A stretch of 64,000 bases of DNA. Source: Prorocentrum cordatum. Its lineage: Eukaryota. Both the position numbers and the translations under genes were made by a program. Positions 12,721 to 25,701 of the stretch are shown here, in pieces (within the stretch, counting starts at the first letter, position 1; every line of letters starts with the position of its first letter). The stretch covers positions 1-64,000 of the forward strand of contig CAUYUJ010000321.1 in assembly GCA_963575745.1 (NCBI GenBank), in the 5' to 3' direction. The notes below the pieces were generated by a model that was not told the DNA's origin, ran no database searches, and worked only from the letters and a program-made list of their open reading frames with translations.

Positions 12721-14814
12721 CTCGTGTGGGGCGTCTTGGTAAAGTATCGGGGGGGAACGGGGGAGGAGGGCGGGAGGGCAGGTGTAGAGAACAGGAAGGA
12801 AGGGGGAAGGAAAGAGGGATTGGGAAAACTCAGCCCTGGGGGACTGTGGATTCGTCGAGTGCATCCTGATGGAGAGGTGGTCGAGGAGGGAAGGGGGAGG
12901 GACGGACGAAAAGAGGAAGGAGGGGAAGTGGGCGGAGGGAGAGGAATGGGGAGGAGGGACGGAGAAAACTCTGCATTGGGGGACTGTGGACTTATCGAGT
13001 GTAGCCCCCCCCCCCAAAAAAAAATGCAATCAATCCCTGGCGCGTTCCAAATTGCCACCGAACTCTAGAGTGCCAACCGCAAGCGTAATTACGAATCGCA
13101 GAACTCGAGTAACGTGCCTACGAAATTCAACGACACGCGCATCCATGAAAACATGAACATACCTGGTAAGCCCAAAAACAGACATCCTCGTCGCATGACT
13201 TTCTTCTTAAAAGGAAGCACCATGTATTTAGAGTACCGCCCAACCACGAAATGCTACCAAATAGATTCCAGTACGACACGTCAAACCCTGCACACGCCTA
13301 TGCAAATGCACAACAGCCGTCCCTAGAGAAAACATACCCTTCGGATCAAATAGCCCATACATGCCCAACCGAAAAACCACTGCACCTTTTTTTTCCTCCG
13401 CGCGACGACGGCGGCACGGCGACGGCGACGGCAACTGCGACGGCGACGGCGAAAACGACGACGACGACGACGACGACACCGACGACGACTAAAACGAAGG
13501 CGGCGACGACGGCGGCGGCGACGACGACGATGGCGACGACAGCCGCGACGGCGACAGCGACGACGGCGGCGCCGAGCCTGCCAGCGTCCAAATCTTGATG
13601 GCTGTAATGCTGATGGCGCGCACATAAACGCATGCACACACATGCGCACACAAACAACGGCGAACACGCGAGCGAATAGCGAAGGACGGGGTGCAAGCCG
13701 CGTCCATTGCCACCTGGGGGTGGCGCTCTCGCCTCCGCGTCGGCCACTCACCACATGGGCCCGCAAAGCTCCGACAAGAAAGATAAACTGAAAAAGTGCG
13801 ATAGCTCCCCCTTTTAGCGCAAATACTTTTCACTAGAACCATCGCGCGCGCTTCGCGACCGCACAAGTTCTAGCTAGGCTTCATGGGCTAACGAATGTAA
13901 GATCATGATGGTCGCTTCTTGCGTCCAGGGACCCCCTTGGAGGCCTTGCTTAAGCCTCGGAATCAGATAGAAGGGGAAGTGCGGAAACGCAGAAATCATT
14001 AATTGCTTTTAGATATTCAACGATGTGGGGCCCTCAATGGATTCCTGGGCTCTTTTTGGGGAGGTGAGGGGGGTCTGAATTGTGGTCTGTTGTGCAAGAG
14101 TAGACCGGGGCCAAACTTGGAAAAAAGGAATTGTGGGATTTCCATGCTCTTCCAATTCCTCGGCGCTGCTCGGCGCTGCCATTTGTTTGAGACAGCGATA
14201 GACAACAAAAAAAACCCTCAGCCACCGGGTGGGGGGGGGCTCAAAGGGGAGCCCCCCCCCCCCCCTCGCGCGGAAAAACAAGGGAGGGGCCCTTCACGGC
14301 ACCGTGACCACCGACCACCTTGAGCATCCACAGGCGGCGCTTTCCGACGGGCACGAAGGCTTCTACGCTCCCGCCGCCGCCCAAGGAAACATCGCGCCCC
14401 TCGCATTCCAAAGCGCATCCCGCTGCCCCCTCGCGTCTCCGGCACAGCCCGCCCGTCGCGCAGAGCACCCCCATGCTCGCGCCATCAAGGCGCGTTGCTT
14501 TCCCGACAACGACATCCCGCCACGTTTCCTCTGCCCTGCGTTTCATGCCGCCGCGCGCAAGCCCTCGCTGCTGCGAAGGCGCCCGCGTCCTCGGCGTCTG
14601 CCACCCTCGCCGGCGATCCGCCTCACCCGTCTGAGACACAAACGCCGATGGAAAAGCGGAATCCTCGTCTCCAACAGATCCTCCGACCCCTCCTCCACAG
14701 CATCAGTCCCCCTCCTCGAGTATCCTTCCATCTCATCGAACCGCTCCCCCTCCTTGTCTCTCCATCGAGCACGGCTGCCCTTCCCTCTCCAACGAGCGCG
14801 ACCAGGGCCGCCGC

Positions 14815-15002
14815 CGCCCCTCTGTCACAGAGGGGGGGGCCTCGTGATCCCGGGACCGCCCCTCTGTCGCAGAGGGGGGGCTTCGCGATCCCGGGGCCGC
14901 CCCTCTGTCACAGAGGGGGGGCCTCGTGATCCCGGGGCCGCCCCTCTGTCGCAGAGGGGGGGCCTCGCGATCACGGGACCGCCCCTTTGTCACAGAGGGG
15001 CC
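14815..15002. repeat. ~41-bp tandem repeat (5 units) with internal palindrome
   Basis: Unit gcccctctgtc(a/g)cagagggggggcctcg(t/c)gatcccggg(a/g)cc. Confidence 0.9.
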
Positions 15003-15445
15003 CCGCGAACAGGGCGGCAAGGCGATGGGCAGGACGACAAGAACGGAGAAAGAAAAAAAGGACACGGGAGGGAGGCAGGAACGGGCGAGGGGGGACGGAG
15101 ACGGAGGCGAGGCATGAGGGGAGGGCAGGACGAACTCAGAGGGAGAGGAGCAGGACGAGACCTGGGAGAGGGAGGGGAGCACGACGAACACAGAGGGAGA
15201 GGAGCAGGACGGAGACGGAGGCGACGCATGAGGGGAGGCATTTCTCAGCGACCGCCGCGCCGCCCTGAGAACAGCTGTGCCGCCGCCAATACTGCGGCGG
15301 AGGCGTGACCTCCCACGCCCCTGTCCTGTGCTGGTTCTGCTGCCACCCTACCCCCTCCCTCTTCGACCTCCCCCACCCGCCCCTATCCTCCTCCACTCCT
15401 CTCCTCGTCCTCCTCCAGCTGACGGCTCGTTCGGGGCCGTCGCGC

Positions 15446-17391
15446 TCAGGCGATCATCTGCCGCTGCCATCTGCCGCCCTGTTTCGCGCGCCCTCCGCTG
15501 CCGCGGCGGGATCGCACGGAGAGTGCCCCCTGACCAGGGATTGTCATCTTACCGCTCTTGGGCTCGGGGACTTTCCGCCCCTCCTCCGCGTCCTTCTTCC
15601 GTTTCTTCTCCTTCTCTTTCTTCTCCTTCTGCCATGCCTGCTTCTCCTTGTCGGGGTCGGGGGTCTTCTTCTCCATCATGATACGCAGCATCAGCCGATC
15701 TCCGCGCGCCAGAGGCACCGCGCTGCGCATGCACGGGACAAGCACGCTCCAGACGCGGATGAGGGCAGACGCCGCGCACTTTGTCATGGTCGCGAACTCT
15801 TGTGGTCGAATTGCCACGTTGAACTTCCAGCGCCCCTGTCCCTGCACTAGCTGGGCTCGGGCAAGTTCTTCTGCTGTCACCCCGTCAACTCCCCCAAAGA
15901 AGTGCAATGATTCGGCACCTCCGAACTTAAGATGGCACGGGTTCTCTTCCTGGTCGGCCTCGCCCTCTGCGCCCCCCGCTGCTGCGGGTGCCGCCCCGTC
16001 GAGCTCCGTTCCTCCAGGGGCCTCGCTCCGCGCCCCCTCCGCCGCTGCGGAGGCCGCCCCCTGCCGCGCGGGCTTGAGCTCCAGCTCTGGTAATTTGAAA
16101 TCGGGCAGTGCCCAATACTTTTCCATTTGCTCGACAAGACTCGGACGTTTCTCACCGACTAGCACCTCCACTGCCCGCGGGTTGCCCGAGGCTTCCGGGG
16201 AAATCTTCGCGGCGGGGCAGCAAGGGAAGAGCATTAGTTGCCCCTCGGCGATGTCCCCAGTAGCCACCACGTGGAAACTCTCGGCTTGAACGTCGCATTG
16301 CATATGGAGGGGTTGGGCGCTAGTGTCCGCGTGTCGATGGAAGGCAGCCATCACTTCCGCGATGCTTGCTTGGTGCCACCTTTCTGCGTCGAGATTGGCA
16401 GACGGAGCTGAAGCGCGCCGCGATTTCACTGGGACCACCATCAGGCTGTCCAGGGGCATTGACAGTTTAGACATCTGCTTGTTCAGAGGTTTGTCTTCTT
16501 CGTTGAACTCTATCAGTACGCGAACGTGCCCTCGAACCATTTGGCCTTCGCGTACTCTGGGTGTCGTTGCGAGCAGGCCTTCAGGATACTGTCGCACGGG
16601 ATATGCAAGGGCTGCCCTGTGTCAGATCCCGAGGCTGCTTTCTTGGCGCGGGCTGCTGCGGTGGCGACGAGATCAGCGACGGACGTCAGGAGCTCGATTT
16701 CGTGAGAGGTCACACCTTTTCCCTGCGGGTCGTTCAGGGCCGCGGAAATGAACGCGGGGCCTTGCGCGAAGCCGGCATCGAAGTGAATCTCCCACGAGAG
16801 CACCTCGCAAAGCAAACCGTTATCGAGCACGTCCATGAGTTCGCTGAACTTCGGTGCGCGACGCATCTGTGGGATATCCCAGGAGCCACCCGGACCTGTC
16901 TGGAACTCCTCCAAACCACACCCTTCGTGTTCTTCGGGAATGACCCACACTGCGCCGTGCTTGAGGCTCATCAGACCAAGGGTCAGCGTGCAGCGGCTCA
17001 ACGCCCCGTAGTTGTACGTTGACAGACTTGTGTGCGCCAGGCGGAGAACCTCCACGGACTCCGTGTTCTGCTTGTTGTGGTCCGCATGCGTTTTGTACGG
17101 CTTGCCATGGAGCCGCTCGTACTCGGCTTTTTTCTCGGCAGGGGCGTCCTGAACAACCACTGCCTCGTGCTGCGCCTCGTTCTTGAGGAACCTGTCTTTC
17201 AGAATCCCACACAGGAGATTCACCACTCTGGCAGCGGAGGGGTGCGTTCCACCCCTGTTCTGCGGGTGGACGCTGAAATCCTCCAAGGAGATCTTGGCCT
17301 TCAACCGCTGCCCCTCGGAGTCAATCAAGGCATAGCGGCTGCGCAACAAGGCGGAATCATCCAGGGGGCCTGACTTGATGTCCTCGGCCAT
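15446..17391 (-). pseudogene. Disrupted intronless gene: N-terminal VHPxNRGG (ParB-like) region and C-terminal SET-like region
   Basis: Two overlapping globular-looking ORFs (16513-17391, 15446-16597). Motifs FSVHPQNRGG, VVATGDIAEGQLML and VPCMRSAVPLARGDRLML. Domain calls come from motif resemblance only. Confidence 0.55.
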
Positions 17392-17598
17392 CTTTGCTGG
17401 TGCACCCGCTGCTGCGGGGGCACCCTCGAAACCAGATGCTCCGCGACGGTTGCCCCCGCTGCTGCGGGGCCACGCTTGAAGCGCGAGTGCGTGTCGCGCG
17501 CGAGGGCAGGAGGAGGGGCCTCACGGGGCCCGCGGCCTGCCCGCACTTGAGTGGCTTAATTGCCACAGAAAGCCGCTGCAATTGCGGATAAGAATGAT

Positions 17599-18655
<1,057 letters not shown>

Positions 18656-18809
18656 GGAAGAGGAGGAGGAGGAGGAGGAGGAGGAGGACGAGGAAGAGGA
18701 GGAGGAGGAGGAGGGGGAGGAGGGGGAGGAGGGGGAGGAGGAGGAAGGACACGACGACGACGACGTCTACGACGACGACGACGACAAGGAGGAGGGGGGA
18801 GGATCGGGA

Positions 18810-19127
18810 GGGGGAAATGATCCTGGAATTTGGTGCCAGTGGAAATCACTCGGCCATTTAAGAAGCCCGGGTAGCACTAGAGGAAGAATCAACACAGAAA
18901 CATAAGCTTTCGACGGTCCGCACGGATTTCCTGGATTTGCGCTGGGCCATCCTCCATGGCGCGCGGAGCGCGCGAGGGGCGGCCCAGGGGGCAGCGCGGA
19001 TCCGAGAAAACTGCGCGGAGCGCCGAAAGTTTATGCTGATGTGTTGATTATTCCTCTAGTACTACCCGGGCTTCTTGAATGGCCGAGTGATTTTCACTGG
19101 CACCAAAGTCCAGGATCATTTCCCCCC
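18810..19127. mobile_element. Foldback/MITE-like element with ~135-bp inverted arms
   Basis: Left GGGGGAAATGATCCTGGAATTTGGTGCCAGTGGAAATCACTCGGCCATTTAAGAAGCCCGGGTAG matches the reverse complement of the right end with few mismatches. Confidence 0.9.
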
Positions 19128-20092
19128 ATTGGAGAAATCCGCGCGGAACGCCGACAATTTATGCTTATGTGTTGTCTTCGAACTACCGCAATCACTGAGA
19201 CCGGAATCAGCCTCCTTCGGTGGAGGCAGTCACCGATGCCGAGGCCGTGGCCAACTCCCGAGCCTCCCGGGGCGCGCGGGCCCAGGGCGTCCTCCGCGTA
19301 CCTGAACTCCAGGTGCAGGTTCATCTCGGCCACCCTATGCGCGAGGAGGGTTTGACCAGAGGGGGGGCGAGGAGGAGAAGGAGGACGAGGACAAGGAGGA
19401 GGAGGAGGAGGAGGAGGAGGAGATCGAGGGGGTTGGGGGGGGGACCTCGAGCTTGAGTCGGCGGTGCATCGCCGACAGATCGGAGATGGGGCCTCGACAG
19501 CGAGTCTGGGCGGGGGGGGGCGCTCGGGCCCCCATCGGAGATCAAAGTTCTGCGGCAACTCACGGGAGCATTCCATGCCGTCTTTCGTCTTGCTGGCTCC
19601 TGCGAATCGATGCGAGCCTGCGCGAATCGAGGCGAATCGACGGCCATCGACGCTAAGTCGACGCTAAATCGGCGCTACATCGGCATTTCCTCATCGATGA
19701 CTCGACGCTTGCGCACGCTGGGTGCACTCTGAAGACAAAACTTCGAGCACACACAAGGCTTCATGAAATGCTGCCGAACAAAAGTGAACGTTTTCATATT
19801 TGGCGTTTCGACATTGGGCGGAAGACCGGGGGGACGGGGGGGGTCTGGCTCCCGACCTCTGCTTGGTGCGACTGTTTACAGCAGTGCGCCCAATGGGGTA
19901 GACCCCACCTGCTTGAAACAGGCGCCAAACGCAGCCAAAATCTACTCCATGGGGGCGGGAGGGGTGGGGAGGGGTGGGGAGGGCCCGCACCGATCGGTCA
20001 AACCATGAATACGCAAACCAACTTGAGGTGATTGGAGGTCCATGCGTTCCTCCACCCCCCGAGCCCATGCCCCCCCTCACGCTGCTCCCAAC

Positions 20093-20270
20093 TTGAGCAG
20101 GGACCGACCGTCCCGGCATTCCTGAAGGCCTACCACGAAATGTTGCTAGAACCCAAAAAGTTCAAACAACAATGCTGTTAGAGCATAAACCCCATGTGCT
20201 AAAACAAACGTTTCTTAGAATATTCATAGGTCGGCCTATGGGCACGCCAGGACGCTTCGCCACTGCTTGA
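20093..20270. mobile_element. MITE-like element bounded by TTGA|GCA...TGC|TTGA (short copy)
   Basis: Homologous to 31101-31333. Imperfect ~21-25-bp terminal inverted repeats. Confidence 0.7.
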
Positions 20271-20488
20271 CTAAAGGCTGAGGCACGAGCCGGGGGCCGC
20301 GCTGGCGCCAAAAACCGCAAGCGAGCGACAGAGCACGGGCGCTCACCGACGGTCCGACCTGCCCCCTCGAGGGCAGCGCGGGCGGACCAGGCTCTCCGAG
20401 AACAGACAAAAAACACCTCGAGCAAAGCAAACCGTTAGTGAAAACGACTTTTTGGAAAATCCAAAAGGGGGCTCAACTGAAAAGGGGG

Positions 20489-20657
20489 TGGTGCAATAAA
20501 TTTGAGGCAAATGTATTGCAAATTTATCGCGCCGAGCAATTGTATCGCATTGTATTGCAAGCAGTGTATAGCACGCGAAAATCCAGCAATAGATTTGCGC
20601 CGCAGCCTTAACTGCACACCCCAAATGTATTACGACCCCCACAAATCTATTGCACCA
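20489..20657. mobile_element. MITE-like element, 19-bp TIR TGGTGCAATA(A/G)ATTTG(A/T)GG
   Basis: Inverted repeats visible at both ends; AT-richer interior. Confidence 0.75.
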
Positions 20658-20660
20658 GAT

Positions 20661-20856
20661 TCGGGTCGGGCGAAAGGGGGGGATAGCAAAGGGGGGGTTT
20701 GAGAATCAGCTCGCGTAGCTGATTTTCCCGGCGCCTCCCGGCGCCGGGAGGCGCCCATGTATCGAGGAATGGGCCCCTCGGTGAGGCCGAAACCAGCTGC
20801 ATGCAGCAAATTCCGTAACCCCCCCTTTCCCAATCCCCCCCTTTCGCCCGGCCCGA
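20661..20856. mobile_element. MITE-like element, ~40-bp TIR TCGGG(T/C)CGGGCGAAAGGGGGGGAT...AAAGGGGGGGTT
   Basis: Inverted repeats at both ends. The interior (ggcgcctcc.ggcgcc.ggaggcgcc...gaaaccagc.gcatgcag) recurs at ~30088-30208. Confidence 0.8.
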
Positions 20857-21048
20857 GAGAAGATAGCACGACGGCAACGACACGACACGACTGTCGCAGG
20901 GTGGATTCAAGGAGCTCTGGAGTCTCTCCAGAGGCCCACGGCCATTCGCACGGGGCCACTCTCCTCCGGACGGCAGGGGACGACAGGAAAACCTTGAAAT
21001 CCAGGAACGTACCATTGTTGTTCCACGCCGCTCCTCTGACGGGGAGGA

Positions 21049-21281
21049 AAAGGAGACACGGACATCCGGGGGCGTGCAAGAGGGGGGCGTCGAAGACGGG
21101 GGGCGTAAATCATGGCCGGCGGCATGTGTGCGGCCCAGAAGATGCCCAGGGACGTGTTGAAATAAGAAGAGGCGCCATGCGATCTGGGGAGATGTCATGC
21201 CCCCGGCCATGATGTCCGCCCCCCTAGTCATCTCCCCCCTCTTGGCCGTGGAGGCCCCCGAAAGGAGACACGGACATCCGG
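21049..21281. mobile_element. Palindromic element (21077-21244) between identical 21-bp direct repeats
   Basis: AAAGGAGACACGGACATCCGG at 21049-21069 and 21261-21281. Arms caagagggggg...atcatggccgg.ggcatg and catgcc.ccggccatgat...cccccctcttg. Confidence 0.7.
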
Positions 21282-22829
21282 CGCGTAGCGCAAAATCGAG
21301 GCGGCCAGTTTGCAGCTTGTGACGGCCTCTGGAAACCGTGCCCGGGTTTCGGGACCGTCAGCGGACGGCCCGACTCAAAAAAGCTGCCCTGCGGTATGGG
21401 GCAAAGTGTCGAAATCGGCCCTGCAGGCGGTTCGAGAGGTCCTTGGGTTCAGGTCCCAGTGTTCGGGCTCGACAGGAGAGGAGGTGGCACTATGCCCAGC
21501 GCCTGCCTGAAGATCAACCTGAACGCGCTATCCCAATGCATCCTGCGAACTCTAGTCATAAGAGGTACTGCGGGAGCCTCAGGCGCTCCTTTGCGTTTGG
21601 CGTCCGTCGCCTCACAGGTCGCTCACTGCATTGGCCCAAACGTGGAAGGAAAGGCCATTGGCCTGCTCGGGATCGCGGACCGCTTGGGCTCGGAGCGTGG
21701 GCTGAACGAACCCACTGACGATCCGAACATGCCGGTCGGTTCAATCCGCTTCACACTGCCGCTTCGGCAGGGGGTCGGTGTCTGGACAAGCTGGCGGTCG
21801 TGTGGTCTCGGTGCTGCCCATCCTCTGCTTCCTCCTCCTCCTGCTCCTGCTCCTCCTCCTCCTCATACTCCTCATCATCCTCCTCTTCCCTAGGCTGCGA
21901 ACAATGGTGGACGGACGGCTTGAGGCCCAGGTGTACTGGCATCCTGGCCTCGAATGCTGCTCGTGGAGTTGGCGGCGGTATCTCGAGTATAGCTGACCGG
22001 CGTGAGATGTTGCCAAATGTCCTGCCTCGGCGTGGCATCCCTGCTGTAAAGGTTCACCCGCTGCCTTGGGCCAGGTAAAACAATTCAAACCCGCCCAGAG
22101 TTACCCTGTGCGACCGTGGCGCATGCGTGGTGCACGCTGGAACCAGAGCCGCTGCTAGCCGCAATGGCCAAATGCCTGGGCAGAGGTAGCTCCGACACGA
22201 ATGGTGCAGGAAATGCCAAACAATAGTTGTTGCCTGCCCTAAATTCGCCTTATGTTGCGACCCGAATATGTCACTGGCGTCACCGGGTCCCTTTCCCCCC
22301 CCTGTGACACCCCTTACGCTGGGAAGATAAAACAACAGGCTCCAACCGCCTCATCCTCCTCGTGCTACTGTGGAGCGGAAGAAAAGCAAACAAAAAAACG
22401 AATATGGGTGAGAAGGGGGACATCGAGTGGACCTCCTCATTCTTCCAACTGCAACAGTTACTGGTGCTACTCCTACCACTGCTTGAAAGGTTAGAGAGAA
22501 CGCGTTTCACGGGCGCTCGCCTGGGGAACATTCGGCTGCGCGTTTCGAACCGGGGGGTGGGCCGTCCCCCAAAAAAACACTCTGCGCCGTCGATCAAAGC
22601 CAGGGGGACCCCCCTCCCCCACAAAACCCCCCCTCCCGAACCCCCCCCCCTCCCAACAGGCGGGGGAGGTTCAAATCCCCCCCCCCTCGGCGCCGGCGGC
22701 AGCCAGCAGCGCCCACGGCGGGGACGCAGCGACGATGCACAAAAGCAGCGAGGAGGGGGGGGGGGTTCAAACCCCCCCTCGCGCCGGCGCCGGCGCTGGC
22801 GGCGGCGACGGCGGGAACGCAGCGACGTT

Positions 22830-23735
22830 TACCACCACTACCACCACCACCACTACCCACTACCACCACCACCGCTTCAACCCACCACCACCACTACCAC
22901 CAACAGTACCACACCACCACCACCACCACAGCCACCACCATCACCACAACCACCACCACAACTCACCATCACAAAAAAACACCACCCACCACCACCACCA
23001 CAATCGACCACACCATCACCATCACTGCCAAAACCACCACCACCACCACCACCAGCACAACCCACCGCAACCACCACAAACCACCACACCAATACCACCA
23101 CCACCACTACCCGCCACCACCACCACCACAGCAATCGTCCAAAACCACCGCCACAACCCACCACCACCACAACCACCACAAACCACCACCACACCACCAC
23201 CACCACCGCCACACCACCACCACAACCACCACCACCACAACCCACCATCATCACGACCACCACCACCACAAAAACCCATCACCACTACCACCACCACCAC
23301 CACTATCTACCACACCACCACCACCACCACCACCGCCACAACCACCACCACTACCAGCAGCACAACTCACCACCACCACAAACCACCACAAACCACCACC
23401 ACCACCACCACCACCACCGCAACAACCACCGCCACAAGCACCACCTCCACACACCACCGCCACAACCACAACCCACCACCACCACCACAAACCACCACCA
23501 CACCACCACCAAACCACCACCACCACCACGACTACATTCCACCACCACAACCCGCCACCACCACCACCACAAACCACCACATCACCACCAAACCACCACC
23601 ACCACCACTACAACCCACCACCATCACCACCACCACAAACCACCACCACACCACCACCAAACCACCACCACCACCACAACCACCACCACCGCCACCACCA
23701 CCACCACAACCCACCACCACCACCACAACCACCAC
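22830..23735. repeat. Degenerate (CCA)n/(CAA)n microsatellite
   Basis: Direct observation. Flanked by GGGGGGTTCRAACCCCCC-type palindromes at ~22760 and ~23885. Confidence 0.95.
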
Positions 23736-25701
23736 CGTCCTCGTCGACGCTCCCCGCCACCGCCGCCCGCGGCCGCAAGCGCTGGCGCCGGCCCAGAAAT
23801 AGAAATCGTCGTCACCGCCGCCGTCGCCAGCCGCCGCCGACGCAAGCGCCAGCCCGAGGAGAGGGAAGCAGGGGGGGGCGGCGGGGGGGGTTCGAACCTC
23901 CCCCCCGCCCTGTCACGGGAGGAGGGGGGCGGTTTCACTCCCCCCCCCTTCAAGCGACCACAGAACGCGCTCTTTCAAAGGTTAGGGCTCGCCTTTCGAA
24001 GCTTGCACAGCATTTGAGAGCCTCGAAAGGCCTGATGGGTTCGCTGCGTTTCAAATTTCGACGCGGAGGGAAGAAAGGGATTGTTTGTCGCCCAGACGTT
24101 TGAAAGGATGAAAGGTGACGGGGGTGGTGGGGGAAAAGAGGAGGAAGAGGCGGAGAAGGACAAGGAGGAGGAGTGTCGAGGAGGGTACTGGGGAGTTACG
24201 TGCATAGGCGTGGGGCGGGAGGGGGAGGAGAGCGGAGAGGGGCGGCAGGAGGACGAGGAGCAAGAAGAGAGGGAGGCAGATGAGGACGAGGATGGGCCGG
24301 CTTCGAGGGCTTCGAGGGCCCGCCGGCTCTCCAATGGCCTCCGTCCCAGGGCCCCTCGGCCCCACCCCTGCTGCTCAAGACCGGCCTCGTGATTGCAGAC
24401 AGAGTCACAAGCTCTGCTGCAATCCTGATGACTTCAGCCTCCGCGGCGCGATCGCCGTCGTCTGGTACCAGAGATAGCTCGGCACTGTGGCGGCAGCCCG
24501 AAGTGGGCAAGGTTCGCCCATGCAGGCTCGTTGTCGGAAAGAGGGCGGAACTGAGGAACTAGATGCAGCACGTGTTCCTGCGGCAGCACAGGGCCAGTTC
24601 AGGACAATGAGGTACTCAAGAAACGCGCCACTACAAAACATCCATCTGGCACAAGTCGCGTGGGGTGCCGCGCGAGCTGCGCACATCAAATGCCACGCAC
24701 ATCTAGCGCACACTGCCGAACATGAGAGCTCGCGCAACTGAAAATCGCATCAACAAAATCCACTGCCCGTCTCGGTCCACCCCGCCATCTCTCCGCCCAG
24801 TGAAACTCGAATCTGTGCTGTTTTTCCTTGCGAGGCTGCTCTTGCTAATTCCCCCAAGGCGTGCACTTCAACTTTGGCGTTGGCTTCAGCTTTGGATGCA
24901 CCGTGAAGCGACTTTGGGCCAGTTCACCCGAGTCGGCTTTTCCGCTCGCAAAGGTACCCCCCCCCCCAAGGCGCGCCCTGTGTCTGGTGCGCCATCGGTG
25001 TAGAGACGGGCGTCATCTGGATGCAGATGCAGCCACCTCGCACCGAATATTGTCAGAGAGCGCATACCGCACCGATTGCATCCCTGGCTGCCCAAATCTG
25101 CCATGCAAGCTGCGCGCCAAGGACAGAGGCTTGGAAAAAATCCAACCCTACGCCTGATCTCACACTACGTCAGCTTACTCCGTCGCTCCCTTGCACACGA
25201 GCTTCGCAGTTAGCCCTGCCTGCCTGCCTGCGAAGATCCAGCATCCCCAACCCCCTAAGTCCGCAAAACTAGGAAGGAGAGAAGAAGAGAGAGAGATAGG
25301 GAAAAAGAGAGAGAGAAAGAGAACAACAACAAATACACACCTATCCCCTCCATTCCAAACCTACCCCTGGCGTCTGGGCTCCCAACACGCAGGGCCCCGC
25401 ATCTGCCCATGTCCGCAAGCCGCAGGTCCCCAGATGTCCTCGGAGGTCCCTCGGGCCACAAGCCCCTCGAGGCGACTAGACCCCCAGAGAACGCCAAAAA
25501 GCGCCCGAACGCCTCCATGCCTTCGAGATTCCAACGTCCTCGACTCAACCCAAATCGGGCGGCGGCACTGGCGGACAGGCGGTGACCACGAATGGATGGG
25601 GAAGGCGGACGAGAGGAGCGCGAAGCTGGGGAGGGTGAGGGGGAACATGGGGTTCAGGAGGAAGAGAGCCGTAAGACACGGGGGAGGAGGGAGAAGGAGG
25701 A

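Noticed and set aside
17546..17557. AAGCCACTCAAG (minus strand) as an SL relic before the ParB/SET-like gene
   Set aside because: It requires a 6-nt deletion and is too short to support.
21340..22260. Possible RNase H or LINE relic on the minus strand
   Set aside because: Only a faint HVWANAVSD-like motif among many stops.
24405..24737. Cys-rich ORF resembling a LINE C-terminal zinc finger
   Set aside because: The motif spacing is unconvincing and there are no supporting domains.
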